64,000 nt of DNA from an uncultured Pseudomonadales bacterium (GTDB lineage Bacteria > Patescibacteriota > Microgenomatia > UBA1400 > PJMF01), in NCBI GenBank assembly GCA_964620965.1, contig CAZUHV010000002.1, forward strand, positions 184,798 through 248,797, given 5' to 3'. The translations under genes were made by a program, and so were the position numbers. The notes below the pieces were generated by a model, which did not search any database, was not told the DNA's origin, and saw only the letters and a program-made list of their open reading frames with translations. Below, one piece after another: positions 1-9,817 of this stretch (the stretch's first letter is position 1; each line of letters starts with the position of its first letter).

Positions 1-801
1 GAAAAATTTGCTGATGCTAAAATTGCTTTTGTAAATCCTGGAGAAACAATCTCAATTGATGAAGCACATGAACTTGGCTTTGAACTTCATGATGTAACAC
101 ATGTAGATACTGGCTTGGGCAGATTTGATCACCACCAACCAGAAAGAGCAGGAGACCATATTTGCGCAACCTCACTTGTGTATGATTTTATGTGTTCAAG
201 AAATCGTGATCTAGAAAATGACCAAGCATTACAAATTATTTCAGAATTTATTACAGAAATTGATCACTTTGGAGAAATCTACTGGCATGATGCTGGAGAC
301 TATAAGTACACCATGATGATTCATGAACTCATAAGAGGCATAGAATTTACCGATCCACATGATGATGACTCTCAAATGCAGTTTGGACTGAAATGTCTTG
401 ATGCTGCCTATGCAGCTTTAACACAACAAGTGAAAGCCAAAGAGGTTATAGAAGAAAAAGGACAAAGCTTTACAATTGGACCAGTGAAATGCTTGGCCCT
501 AGAAACTAGAAATGATGACACAATTAAAGTCGCCCAAAAACAAGGATATGAACTTGTTATCAAAAAAGACCCTAAACAAGGAAACATCAGAATAAAGTTG
601 CGACCAGATAGTAAAGTTATCCTTAAAAAACTATATGATGCTGTGCTCAAAGCCGATACAGTTGGGCACTGGTTTTATCATAATTCTGGAAAAATGCTGA
701 TTAATGGATCTAGAAAACACACTAGTCAAATTCCAAGTCCGCTCTCACTAGAAAAAATTGTTGAACTGGCAAAGGAAACTCTAAATGAATACAGTAGCTG
801 A
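1..801 (+). CDS. hypothetical protein, 5' end outside window (contains an FDHHQ / DHH-like motif)
   Basis: Frame 1 is open from position 1 (EKFADAKIAFVNPGE...) through the stop at 801. Motif VDTGLGRFDHHQPERAGDH. No confident family. Confidence 0.4.
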   Translation, partial: EKFADAKIAFVNPGETISIDEAHELGFELHDVTHVDTGLGRFDHHQPERAGDHICATSLVYDFMCSRNRDLENDQALQIISEFITEIDHFGEIYWHDAGDYKYTMMIHELIRGIEFTDPHDDDSQMQFGLKCLDAAYAALTQQVKAKEVIEEKGQSFTIGPVKCLALETRNDDTIKVAQKQGYELVIKKDPKQGNIRIKLRPDSKVILKKLYDAVLKADTVGHWFYHNSGKMLINGSRKHTSQIPSPLSLEKIVELAKETLNEYSS

Positions 802-1255
802 TTGCATATTTTGCAAAATGGTAGCTGGAGAAATCCCGTACCACAAAATCTATGAAGATGAAAAACACCTAGCGTTTTTAACTATTTTTCCAAACACACA
901 AGGAGCTACTGTTGTCATTACTAAAGAACATCACGGAAGCTCTGCATTTGAACAAAGCGATAGTGTGTTGCAGGAACTAATCATCGCAACAAAAAATACA
1001 GCAACAATATTAACAAATTATTTTGAAGATGTTGGGCGTTGCGGTATGGTTTTTGAAGGGTTTGGCGTAGACCACCTACACTCAAAATTATATCCCTTGC
1101 ATGGAACTGCGATTCCAGAATGGAAGCCAATTGAAAGTGGTAAGAAAAAAGACTACTACGAAATGTATCCAGGATACATTTGCTCTAACGATTCTGAATT
1201 GGCAGATAATGACGAATTAGCTGAGCTTGCAAAAAAAATTAGAGAACATAAGTAA
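785..1255 (+). CDS. HIT-family (histidine triad) nucleotide hydrolase
   Basis: N-terminus CIFCKMVAGEIPYHKIYEDEKHLAFLTIFPNTQGATVVITKEHH matches the HIT fold signature. Histidine-triad-like VDHLHSKLYPLHG follows. Overlaps the upstream ORF by 17 nt. Confidence 0.7.
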   Translation: MNTVADCIFCKMVAGEIPYHKIYEDEKHLAFLTIFPNTQGATVVITKEHHGSSAFEQSDSVLQELIIATKNTATILTNYFEDVGRCGMVFEGFGVDHLHSKLYPLHGTAIPEWKPIESGKKKDYYEMYPGYICSNDSELADNDELAELAKKIREHK

Positions 1256-1260
1256 GCTAA

Positions 1261-2826
1261 TTACCGAACTTCCCATACACACAGGTCCGTATAATTTTCA
1301 ATTAAAGTATATTTTTGTAATAAAATAGGGTGATAGAGTACACACTCAGAGGCACTTAAAAAAACTGTGCCTGTTGTCAAATTCGCTAGTGCGGACTCAG
1401 AAATAGTAGACTGCTGTACCTTTAAGGTAATTTCTGCCAACGGTGCATTGGTTTTTTGGGCATATACAAAATACCCAGTAACATATGTACCTATATAAAG
1501 ATTTTGTGAAATCAAATAAGGCTGAGGATGTAATTGAGGTAGTATATTCTTCTCTAGAGCAGTAACCGTTTGATACTCATACCAAGCTAAAGTGGAGGCA
1601 GTATAGTTCTTAAAATAAAAGTGCAAAACTATTGCCATTTCAAGAAAAACTAAAATCAAAAAAAAATATTTTGAGATACGCTCTTTCATAAGTTCCAAAA
1701 CTCCAAGTCCCATGAAGTAACTTAAAAGAACAAGCAAGGCTATACTCCTTAAAATATGTGGGCTTGGAATTGTGAGTGATCCAGGAATTGGAGAAAGAAA
1801 AAGAGCAATAAGAACCCAATATACAAACGGTTTTTCCTCTTTTTTCCATAAGTACTTAAATCCCAAAAATATAAAAGGAATTGTTAGCCACAAAAAAGGA
1901 CCTGTTTCTAGCATGCCATGACGTAAATTTTCGTCACCGAGCGAAAATAAAAACTGAGGTTTAAAGTATTGCAGATATTGTTGAGCTATTTCTAATGCAT
2001 CTATTTCTCTATTCGCAACAATCGAGTATCTACTCATAAGCGAACCAGGATTTTTATCCTCCCACAAAAAAGCAGGAGCAAGTGTGACAAAAAAAATTAG
2101 GCTTCCAAAAAACAGTTCTTTCCATGCGAGCCTGCGAAAAAACAAAACAAATGCAACCACAAACAAAACTGGAGACAAAAACCTCCCAACTGTATAACTA
2201 TAAAAAAGTAATCCCAGAGTAAAAGCAAAGTAAGCCCAGCACTTCCCTGTATGTCCCCACTTGCCCTTGTATTTTATCTTACTCTTGTGTGCTGTTTGCA
2301 CAGAAATTCTTCTGAGTAGCCAAATAGAAAGAAAGAATAAAACCGGAAAAACTGCCAGCTCAAAAGCAACTCTCCCTAAATGAAATGACCATGGTAAACC
2401 TAAAAATAAAAGAGTCGCTACAACTACAGCATTTTTCCAGTGTTTTCTTTTTTCTTTCTGAACATGATCTTTTAATAAAACTGCAAAAACAACTGCAGCC
2501 AACAACATAAAAACTGCTGCAACAAGCCGAGTCGTATACCGTGAAACACCAAATAAGGCAAAAAAAGGAACTTGGGCATAAATATAGAGAGGATTTTTAT
2601 ACTCACCAAAAGCTCTAAAATAAGTAGGAAATGAAACTCCATACTCATCTACACCTTGTGTCAAAAGCGTGTAGCCATTAAAAGCGATAGAGGATTCATC
2701 AACAAAAAAACCAGCTGGAACATTATCCAATTGCCATACTCTTAAAAAAACCATAAAAACAACAAAAAAAAATAAAACTATAAAAAAAATAGTACCTCTG
2801 CTTTTACTAATTTTGTTCAATGCCAT
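1261..2826 (-). CDS. GT-C fold membrane glycosyltransferase, ArnT/PMT-like (GT39/GT83-like)
   Basis: Polytopic membrane protein. The first loop has an FFVDESSIAFNGY...GVDEYG...FRAFGEYKNPLYIY acidic DE motif typical of the ArnT/PMT family. Confidence 0.6.
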   Translation of the reverse strand: MALNKISKSRGTIFFIVLFFFVVFMVFLRVWQLDNVPAGFFVDESSIAFNGYTLLTQGVDEYGVSFPTYFRAFGEYKNPLYIYAQVPFFALFGVSRYTTRLVAAVFMLLAAVVFAVLLKDHVQKEKRKHWKNAVVVATLLFLGLPWSFHLGRVAFELAVFPVLFFLSIWLLRRISVQTAHKSKIKYKGKWGHTGKCWAYFAFTLGLLFYSYTVGRFLSPVLFVVAFVLFFRRLAWKELFFGSLIFFVTLAPAFLWEDKNPGSLMSRYSIVANREIDALEIAQQYLQYFKPQFLFSLGDENLRHGMLETGPFLWLTIPFIFLGFKYLWKKEEKPFVYWVLIALFLSPIPGSLTIPSPHILRSIALLVLLSYFMGLGVLELMKERISKYFFLILVFLEMAIVLHFYFKNYTASTLAWYEYQTVTALEKNILPQLHPQPYLISQNLYIGTYVTGYFVYAQKTNAPLAEITLKVQQSTISESALANLTTGTVFLSASECVLYHPILLQKYTLIENYTDLCVWEVR

Positions 2827-2945
2827 ATGATTACCTCTATTCTATGATATAATACAGATCCTGTTTAAAGCAAAACTTTGTAAACAGTTGGCATTTTGAA
2901 AAAGTTCTATTAGTTACGCCTATTTTGGAGAGGAGGTGAGAATCA

Positions 2946-3197
2946 ATGCCTATCATTATTAAAGCAAAAGCTGGTGACAGTTCACATGACGTCATCAAAA
3001 AATTTAAGAAAGCTGTCGCAGCATCTGATATTGTTGCAAAAGCTAGAGATAGAAGATTCTACAAAAAACCTTCTGAAATCAGAACTATAAATAAAACTGA
3101 AAAAAGAAGATTAAGAAAACGTGCAAGAAGCTTAAAGAGAATGAAAAACATCTCCGCAGCAGTTATGCAAAGAATCAACGATCGTTTATCTAAATAA
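2946..3197 (+). CDS. rpsU: 30S ribosomal protein S21
   Basis: MPIIIKAKAGDSSHDVIKKFKKAVAASDIVAKARDRRFYKKPSEIR followed by an Arg/Lys-rich tail. GGAGG RBS 8 nt upstream. Confidence 0.75.
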   Translation: MPIIIKAKAGDSSHDVIKKFKKAVAASDIVAKARDRRFYKKPSEIRTINKTEKRRLRKRARSLKRMKNISAAVMQRINDRLSK

Positions 3198-3221
3198 CGA
3201 TTTTTCTATTAAGAAAAATGT

Positions 3222-3252
3222 AAAAAAGCCGCTTAAAAAAGCGGCTTTTTTG
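3222..3252 (+). terminator. rho-independent terminator after rpsU (A-tract/T-tract flanked, possibly bidirectional)
   Basis: aaaaagCCGCttaaaaaaGCGGcttttttg: a GC stem flanked by an A-run and a T-run. Confidence 0.7.
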
Positions 3253-3487
3253 ATTATTAGCAAGTCAAGCATGGTATAACTAACTACTTTTTATTGATAT
3301 AAGGTAATTAATAGCTAATTACTATTCTATCAATAAATCGGATCTTGCTCTTTAAAATTGCTCAATTTATTTTTTAGATTTTTTTTGTATGCAACCTATG
3401 ACAAGTAAATAGAAGTGAACAGCAGTTTGTTAATTAATCCAAGTTAATAAGCTGCTGTCCATTTTGATTGCTTTTAAAAGGTACAAC

Positions 3488-3928
3488 ATGCGAAAATATA
3501 TGCGAAGATACGTTTGGTTACTCTTACTAGGATTGTGGCTAGTTGCCTGCGGAGGCCCTCAAGCTGACTACTACATCCCAGCCAATGAGGCTTTGACAGA
3601 AGGAAATAGCGCCTTTTGCGGTACCAAAGTAGAGTTCACAATCACAAAAATTGAAGAAAACTCTATTACCGCAAAAGCAATCTGCTTACGTCAAAACACG
3701 AATGGACTAGGTGGAGCCGAGTGGAGTACTGTCTCTGAAACTACTTTCACAGCTCCCAAAACCCAAGAAGTGATGGCCCTTTTAAATGACACTCATTACA
3801 GCTGGGGCATCATAATTGATGAAAACTCAAACTTACTCCAAATCTTCGAAGGAGGAGGCTCTAATGGACTTGTTCATATCCATTGGCAAGCTCCATCATT
3901 AGAAGAAGTGGAAAAACCGGAAGAATAA
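3488..3928 (+). CDS. putative lipoprotein (hypothetical)
   Basis: ATG at 3488 with an aaaagg RBS. MRKYMRRYVWLLLLGLWLVACGG is a signal peptide plus LVAC lipobox. The ORF track's upstream TTG start at 3464 is unlikely to be real. GC content is clearly above the local background. Confidence 0.55.
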   Translation: MRKYMRRYVWLLLLGLWLVACGGPQADYYIPANEALTEGNSAFCGTKVEFTITKIEENSITAKAICLRQNTNGLGGAEWSTVSETTFTAPKTQEVMALLNDTHYSWGIIIDENSNLLQIFEGGGSNGLVHIHWQAPSLEEVEKPEE

Positions 3929-4003
3929 TTTATAGCAATTTAAAATGGACAGCAAAAAAAACACCTCAACAGAGGTGTTTTTTCATATATCCTCAAATTA
4001 GGG

Positions 4004-4543
4004 CTATTCGCTCTTTGGTTTTCCTTTAACTTTTGCTCTAATATCAAACTCCCATTGGTCTCCAGAACTTGTATCAAAGCTCTTTGAGTTTGTCATAGAA
4101 TAGTAGTTAACTAAATGATTACTCAAAGTTTCTTCTATTTCTTTTTTCTCTTGGTTAATCTCTGAAATTTGTGCTTTGAGGGATGTTGCCTGAGAACTGT
4201 TTGCAATTGCAGATCTTCTTTCTTTAACCTGTTGTTGCATCACTTCTACTTGGTCACTCACTTCTTGCAACGCTGAATCATTCTCAAAAACACTTTTAAG
4301 TGATTCACGCTTTTCTCTGAGCATGTTTTTAACACGCTCAAGTTCGTTTGCATTTCTTTCAATCAAGTTTTGTAATGACATTAGAGTATCAGCTAAATCA
4401 TCTGAAGCTTTAACCTCATCGAAATCATCTTTATTTTTACCCTCTGCTTGAGAAAGAGCAGAAAGTGCCAAATCCTCACCAGATTCTAAAACTTCTTGTT
4501 CGTCACCTGCTTCTAACTTTTGAGTTGTGTCTGTATCCGACAT
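4004..4543 (-). CDS. acidic coiled-coil hypothetical protein
   Basis: Internal ATG (MSDTDTTQKLEAGDEQ...) preceded by aaaggaag. Highly acidic, heptad-like sequence with no recognisable catalytic motif. Confidence 0.45.
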   Translation of the reverse strand: MSDTDTTQKLEAGDEQEVLESGEDLALSALSQAEGKNKDDFDEVKASDDLADTLMSLQNLIERNANELERVKNMLREKRESLKSVFENDSALQEVSDQVEVMQQQVKERRSAIANSSQATSLKAQISEINQEKKEIEETLSNHLVNYYSMTNSKSFDTSSGDQWEFDIRAKVKGKPKSE

Positions 4544-4706
4544 ACTTCCTTTCCAAATATATTCATTTGCTATAACACATAACACTCTAAAGCATTCTCA
4601 AAAAATACTCAAGTGCAACTAAGATAGCCTAGATCCTATCTGTAAAAAGTAGTATAATTAGGGTCTTGAAAATAAATTAATAAGTACAGATTTTTTAGAA
4701 AAAAAT

Positions 4707-6131
4707 ATGAAAAAATCCACAAAGATCGTCGCAACAATTGGTCCAGCTACCGAAACTGAAGAAGTCATTAAAGACTTGATAAACGCAGGCATGAACGTTG
4801 CTCGTTTCAACACAAAGCACGGTACCCCAGAATGGCACCAAGTTAGAATGAGAAGAGTAAAAAAAATTGCAGAAGAAATGGGAGTAGCCGTTGGGATTCT
4901 CTTAGATCTTCAAGGACCAGAAATTAGAATTACACTCCCAACTGACGAATCATTTGCTGTTAAACCAGGTGACAGAGTTACTTTTACTTCTGATGAAAAA
5001 AATAAATCACCTAAAACCCCTTATATCCCACAGATTGTTGTTGATACGCTTGAAGTTGGACACCAAATTTCTATAGATGACGGAATTGGCCAATTCGAAG
5101 TTATTGAAAAACATGCAGATCATATTATTTGTTCTGCACAAGGAAACTTTGATGTTAAACAAAGAAAAACACTCAATACTCCAGGAATTCTTATTGATCT
5201 TCCTTCACTTATTCCTGCGGACTTAGTTCAACTGGATGGAGCAGATAATACTTTAGTAGACTTTGTAGGACTCTCTTTTGTAAGAAATGCGCAAGATATT
5301 GCTATCTTAAGAAAAGAACTAGAAAATAGAAAGCTTGAAGCTGCAATCTGTGCAAAGATTGAAAATCAAGCAGCTATCGAAAATCTTGAAGAAATTCTTG
5401 ATAATAGTGATGCTGTGATGGTTGCAAGAGGCGACTTAGCTGTTGAAGTGCCTTTCGAAGAGCTCACACATTGGCAAAAAGTTTTAATTGCAAAAGCAAG
5501 AGAAAAAGCAATTCCTGTTATCACTGCAACTCAGATGCTTAAATCTATGGTTGATAATCCAGTTCCAACAAGAGCAGAGGTTTCTGATGTCGCAAATGCG
5601 ATTTACGATGGAACAGATGCTATCATGCTTTCTGAAGAAACAACTATTGGTAAATTCCCAGTAAAAGCAGTTGCAACACAAGCAAAAATTGCTTCATTTA
5701 ATGAACAGTATGCAAAACCAAATCCAATTAAGACAAATGACGTGGACGAAAGTGCATATATAACACACGCAGCTGTCTCACTTTTAGAAATCTCAAGACT
5801 AACAACAAATAAAATTAATATTGATAAAATTGTTTGTTTAACAGAAACAGGACAAACCGCACGAAATATTTCTAGATTTAGACCGCATATCCCAGTACAT
5901 GCACTTACAAGTAATCAACAAACATACAGAAAAATGAGCTTACTTTATGATGTAACACCACACATCATTAAACTGCCACAAGGTGATAATTTAGAAAGCT
6001 CAGAAAAGCTGTTAAACACACTTGTCGATGTTGGAATTGCAAAATCTGGTGAGAATATCTTATTAGTTCATGGAACCTTCTGGAAAAAACCTGGACTCAC
6101 CAACACCTTGTCAATCCTACAAATTCCCTAG
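4707..6131 (+). CDS. pyk: pyruvate kinase
   Basis: MKKSTKIVATIGPATETEEVIKDLINAGMNVARFN plus a full-length PK barrel and C-terminal domain. Confidence 0.9.
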   Translation: MKKSTKIVATIGPATETEEVIKDLINAGMNVARFNTKHGTPEWHQVRMRRVKKIAEEMGVAVGILLDLQGPEIRITLPTDESFAVKPGDRVTFTSDEKNKSPKTPYIPQIVVDTLEVGHQISIDDGIGQFEVIEKHADHIICSAQGNFDVKQRKTLNTPGILIDLPSLIPADLVQLDGADNTLVDFVGLSFVRNAQDIAILRKELENRKLEAAICAKIENQAAIENLEEILDNSDAVMVARGDLAVEVPFEELTHWQKVLIAKAREKAIPVITATQMLKSMVDNPVPTRAEVSDVANAIYDGTDAIMLSEETTIGKFPVKAVATQAKIASFNEQYAKPNPIKTNDVDESAYITHAAVSLLEISRLTTNKINIDKIVCLTETGQTARNISRFRPHIPVHALTSNQQTYRKMSLLYDVTPHIIKLPQGDNLESSEKLLNTLVDVGIAKSGENILLVHGTFWKKPGLTNTLSILQIP

Positions 6132-6168
6132 TATACTAGTGTTAGTATCAAAAAACAGAAAGATATCT

Positions 6169-6438
6169 ATGGGAAAGAAAAGCGGAATTGGCTCATTATT
6201 GGCTGGCATCGCTTTAGGTGCTACTGCTGTATTTTTTTCAAAAAAAGAAAATAGAGATCAAACAGTTGCTGTAGCAAAAAAAGCAAAATCAAAAGCTAAA
6301 CAAGCTGTCAAAATGGCAAAAGTTGAAGGTAAAAAAATTGCTAAGGCTGCAAAAAAAGAAAGTCAAAAAGTCGTGAGGGCTGCAAAGACTGAAACAAAAA
6401 AAGTTAAACGAGAAGTAAAGAAAATAACTAAGAAATAA
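6169..6438 (+). CDS. YtxH-like small Lys-rich membrane-anchored protein
   Basis: Internal Met MGKKSGIGSLLAGIALGATAVFFSKKENRD resembles the YtxH/DUF948 N-terminus. The tail is a Lys/Ala-rich helix. The ORF track's upstream extension overlaps the pyk end and is probably not translated. Confidence 0.5.
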   Translation: MGKKSGIGSLLAGIALGATAVFFSKKENRDQTVAVAKKAKSKAKQAVKMAKVEGKKIAKAAKKESQKVVRAAKTETKKVKREVKKITKK

Positions 6439-6453
6439 TTTTTTTACTAATAA

Positions 6454-7812
6454 CTATTTCTTGTTTTTATACCAGTTATTTATTTTTTCATCTATTGATC
6501 CGTCATAAAACGGTTTTAGGTATTCTGTTTGAGTTTGTGGTGTCAAAATGTACCACAAACTTCTTTTTGCAACCAAAATTCTGGGAATCAACAAAACACA
6601 AATAGATACAAGCATACAAAAAATAAACAGTTTTTTTTGCCATTTTTTTTGTAAAAAATATCTCGTTATTATATATACTCCCAATACTAAAAAAGAAATA
6701 AATCCTGATATTGCATAACGCGTTGAAGTTGGTGGAAGAAACCACCAAATAAGCCATTGCCATACAGAAAAAAACAATAAAGCTTGGAGTCTAATGTCTA
6801 ATAGAATATTTTTTACTTTTAGTAGTAAAAAAGGAAAAAACAGTACTAAGGGAGGAAAAACATAATCTCTTGCAAATACAAATTCTCTAAGAGATGTATG
6901 CAAAGAAAAAGTCCGTTCAAATAAAAAAGAAACAAAATCTCTTTCTCCTCCAATTTGCTCTAATTTTCCAAGATGCAGAGTTAAGGAATAAAAAGGGTTT
7001 CCAGTAAAAAAATATGTAAACAAATAGTAGGGTAGTGGTAAACAAAACAAAAGTAAACTATAGTACCAAAACTTATTTGAAAAGAATTTTGCATAAAAGA
7101 AAAAGAGTATTATAGGAATCAATGCTATAGAAAACAGCTTCGTTGCCAAACTTGCGGAAAAGAATAAAAGAGCATATATCGAATATCTGTGATTTTTCTC
7201 TTGAAAAAAGTGTAACAAAAAATACAACCCAGCTACTTCAAAAAATGCTTTCGCAAGATCAACATAGAAACTCGCCGATTGCCAAGAGATTACCTGAAAA
7301 ACTGAAATGGAAATAGTGGCTAATAAGGCCCAGTATCTATTCAGAAATAACCTTGAGAGCTTAAATGAAAAGAGGCTCAAAAAAAATCCAAATATGTATG
7401 CGACTATTTTTGCCCCAAACATTCCAAAAAATACAAAACCAGAGAAAAAGTAGAGATCTGCAAATAGGGGATTTGCAGTTTGATATAAGTTAGAATCATA
7501 TACAATTTTATGAGATTCTAAAATAAGTTTTGCAACAGGCAAGTGATACCACAAAGCATCAAAACCAGTTTCCGGAACCAGTACCTGCAAAAAATGTAAA
7601 AACCAAACAACTATAAATAGGTAACTCAACCAAAGCTCACCCCTTGAGAGCAATGGTAGTTTTAAAAAATAAGCTTTGACGATTATAAAAAAAATCACAC
7701 AAATACTTAAAAAAATACTCACCAAAACTGGTTTGAATAATAAACCTAAGAAACCAAAAACTGTTGTTATAATTCCTAGTACCAAAAAGTAGAATATAGC
7801 TCTATCTTCCAT
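6454..7812 (-). CDS. polytopic membrane protein, GT-C-like glycosyltransferase candidate
   Basis: Many TM helices. The first loop contains PETGFDALWYHLPVAKLI, an acidic E/D motif. The track ORF (start 7944) reads through tRNA-Arg, so the start was reset to internal Met codons MKMEDRAIF (7818/7812). Confidence 0.5.
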   Translation of the reverse strand: MEDRAIFYFLVLGIITTVFGFLGLLFKPVLVSIFLSICVIFFIIVKAYFLKLPLLSRGELWLSYLFIVVWFLHFLQVLVPETGFDALWYHLPVAKLILESHKIVYDSNLYQTANPLFADLYFFSGFVFFGMFGAKIVAYIFGFFLSLFSFKLSRLFLNRYWALLATISISVFQVISWQSASFYVDLAKAFFEVAGLYFLLHFFQEKNHRYSIYALLFFSASLATKLFSIALIPIILFFFYAKFFSNKFWYYSLLLFCLPLPYYLFTYFFTGNPFYSLTLHLGKLEQIGGERDFVSFLFERTFSLHTSLREFVFARDYVFPPLVLFFPFLLLKVKNILLDIRLQALLFFSVWQWLIWWFLPPTSTRYAISGFISFLVLGVYIITRYFLQKKWQKKLFIFCMLVSICVLLIPRILVAKRSLWYILTPQTQTEYLKPFYDGSIDEKINNWYKNKK

Positions 7813-7880
7813 TTTCATGTGAAGTGGATTGTACCATTTATGTTTATGGGTTATAATATACGTCTTAACAATAAGTTTAT

Positions 7881-7954
7881 GCGCCCATAGCTCAGCCGGA
7901 TAGAGCGACTGCCTTCTAAGCAGTAGGTCGTGTGTTCGAGTCACACTGGGCGTA
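7881..7954 (+). tRNA. tRNA-Arg (anticodon TCT)
   Basis: Cloverleaf traced by hand. Acceptor GCGCCCA/TGGGCGT, anticodon loop CTTCTAA, TTCGAGT T-loop. No encoded CCA. Confidence 0.85.
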
Positions 7955-7976
7955 CGTATGTTAAAATAGCGTTAGT

Positions 7977-8051
7977 GGTGGCTGTAGCTCAGTTGGTTAG
8001 AGCGTCGGGTTGTGGTCCCGAAGGTCGCCGGTTCGAACCCGGTTAGCCACC
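7977..8051 (+). tRNA. tRNA-His (anticodon GTG) with encoded G-1
   Basis: An extra 5' G precedes the acceptor GTGGCTG. Anticodon loop TTGTGGT, discriminator C. Confidence 0.85.
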
Positions 8052-8178
8052 CATCCTTTTAACCTGAAACAAGATACCCTGACTGATAATTACAAGTATT
8101 CTTCCTCTTTAAATTGGTGGATTTTTAACTTAATTTTCAGAACCAAGAAAAGGAATATTTTAATATGATGTATGTAAT

Positions 8179-9006
8179 ATGAAAATACTAGTTATAGGTG
8201 ATATACACATTGGTGATTCTAGAGAATCCACAACTCATCCGGGTATCGTTAGACAAGCAAACACACAATCGGAAAAAACTCTAAAAGATTTAATTCCAAA
8301 ACTTAATAATTTTGGTTTTGATCTAGTTGTTCATACAGGTGATGCATTAAGGGACACATACAAAAAAGAAGTTGATGAGGAAAACCTCACCAAAACACTC
8401 ACCCTATTAAGTGAACTAAAAGTGCCAACAGTTCATCTAATTGGCAATCATGAACTTAGGGCCTTCTCAAGAAATGAAGTTGAAAACATTTATAGAAAAG
8501 CAAAAGTAGATCCTATATTCTATGGCATGCAAGAATACTCCGATTTTCGCATAGTATGGTTAGATATTGAGTTGGACAGTAAAGATAAAGCATATTTACC
8601 AAAAAACACACTCAAATGGCTTGACACGCTACCCAAAGATAACAAGCCATCAATCATTTTTTCTCATTACTCATTAATACCGATAGATGAAAAAGGCACT
8701 TTTTACTTTGAGAAACAACCAGAAACCATGCACCTAGAAAATGCTACTGATGTTCGAACAGCTCTCGCCCATATAAACCCACTGATTCATATTAACGGCC
8801 ATGTGCATTTACTTACCCACCAACAAGAAAACAAAACCCACTATATTTCAGCTCCGTCTTTTTCTGAAAACATTGCGGGCGGAACTCACTTAGACAATAA
8901 TCCAGGTATCTATTCAGTTTTAGAAATAAAGAATACTACTTTTGTTTTTTCTACTTACAGCGATCAATTTACATTTGCGAAAATTCAAGGAAAACTAGAA
9001 AAATAA
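8179..9006 (+). CDS. metallophosphoesterase (calcineurin-like)
   Basis: VIGDIHIGD ... HTGDALRD ... IGNHE ... GHVH motifs. Confidence 0.8.
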   Translation: MKILVIGDIHIGDSRESTTHPGIVRQANTQSEKTLKDLIPKLNNFGFDLVVHTGDALRDTYKKEVDEENLTKTLTLLSELKVPTVHLIGNHELRAFSRNEVENIYRKAKVDPIFYGMQEYSDFRIVWLDIELDSKDKAYLPKNTLKWLDTLPKDNKPSIIFSHYSLIPIDEKGTFYFEKQPETMHLENATDVRTALAHINPLIHINGHVHLLTHQQENKTHYISAPSFSENIAGGTHLDNNPGIYSVLEIKNTTFVFSTYSDQFTFAKIQGKLEK

Positions 9007-9016
9007 GGAAGAAAAT

Positions 9017-9367
9017 ATGCCATTAAAGTTTCAAATTAAACACATTTCACAAATTCCGTTCGAAGGAACCCATGCATTACCAAATGCTAGGCAGACACTT
9101 GCGACAAAAGATGATGTTGTTACTGACAACATTGATGCACTCACCAAAGGTGTTTTACCACCCGGAAAAGTTTGGGATTGGCATAAGCACGAAGAATATG
9201 ATGAGCTTTGCATCGTATTGAAAGGTGAAGGGAAGTTCTTTTGGGAGGATGAAGTCGTTGACTACAAACCAGAAGATGTGATTATTATTCCTGCTAACAG
9301 CACACATAAAATTGAAGCACTTGGCGATGTTAATAATGAGTTTTATTTTGTAAGAATCAAAATTTAA
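9017..9367 (+). CDS. cupin-domain protein
   Basis: WHKHEEYDELCIVLKGEG ... IIIPANSTHKIEALGD fits the two His-containing cupin motifs. Confidence 0.55.
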   Translation: MPLKFQIKHISQIPFEGTHALPNARQTLATKDDVVTDNIDALTKGVLPPGKVWDWHKHEEYDELCIVLKGEGKFFWEDEVVDYKPEDVIIIPANSTHKIEALGDVNNEFYFVRIKI

Positions 9368-9403
9368 CATCAACTAGTAATAGTATTGATTGCAACTATC
9401 TCA

Positions 9404-9440
9404 CCCAGTCTCAACCTTACCTGCACCACATCATCAAAAG
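9404..9440. repeat. left direct repeat flanking the toxin-antitoxin cassette
   Basis: agtctcaaccttacctGCACCACATCATCAAAag. The 16 nt core is identical to the copy at 10101..10146. Confidence 0.7.
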
Positions 9441-9504
9441 AATCAGTAAAACTCGGATCAATAGTTGATAAACTGTAGTTTATAGCCTACAATACAATTG
9501 TATC

Positions 9505-9795
9505 ATGGAAATCCTAAAAACAGACAGCTTCGATAAGTGGTTAAAGAAATTAAAGGATAAAAAAGCTAAAGCAATTATCCAAGTAAGCATCAACCGCTTG
9601 ATCGAAGAAAATATAGGAAAAACAAGATCTCTAGGAGAAGGAATTCACGAAAAGAAGATTAATTATGGACCTGGATACAGACTATATTTTATAAACCACA
9701 ACCAAAGCATAATAGTTTTGCTTTGTGGAGGAGATAAATCAACCCAACAAAGTGATATTAAACAAGCGAAAATCATAGCTAAAGAAGTAAATTAA
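9505..9795 (+). CDS. type II toxin, addiction-module killer protein (Gp49/HigB-like, RelE/ParE superfamily)
   Basis: TDSFDKWLKKLKDKKAKAIIQVSINRL ... GEGIHEKKINYGPGYRLYF ... IVLLCGGDKSTQQSDIKQAK matches the COG3657/PF05973 pattern. Confidence 0.8.
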   Translation: MEILKTDSFDKWLKKLKDKKAKAIIQVSINRLIEENIGKTRSLGEGIHEKKINYGPGYRLYFINHNQSIIVLLCGGDKSTQQSDIKQAKIIAKEVN

Positions 9796-9817
9796 ATATA
9801 GAAATGAAAGGAAAAAT

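Noticed and set aside
408-650. Nested or antisense short ORFs inside strong genes (408..650, 1640..1849, 5484..5681, 6503..6763, 9031..9373, 9847..10050, 12155..12645, 18223..19077, 19918..20326, 35835..36053, 37186..37744, 44700..45430, 50660..51074, 59235..60596, 62763..62990)
   Set aside because: All lie within, and on the opposite strand or an alternate frame of, confidently assigned CDSs. None has an RBS or a recognisable motif.
6100-6175. Possible frameshift at the pyk 3' end, overlapped by ORF 6070..6438
   Set aside because: My hand count of codons around 6110..6135 was off by one base relative to the ORF track. I attribute this to my counting rather than a real frameshift. The pyk C-terminus is full length. 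The overlapping reading frame before Met-34 of the downstream ORF is most likely untranslated, and the YtxH-like protein starts at 6169.
6454-7944. ORF-track N-terminal extension of the membrane glycosyltransferase candidate (GTG start at 7944)
   Set aside because: The first roughly 40 codons are the reverse complement of tRNA-Arg(TCT) at 7881..7954. Start reset to internal ATGs at 7818/7812.
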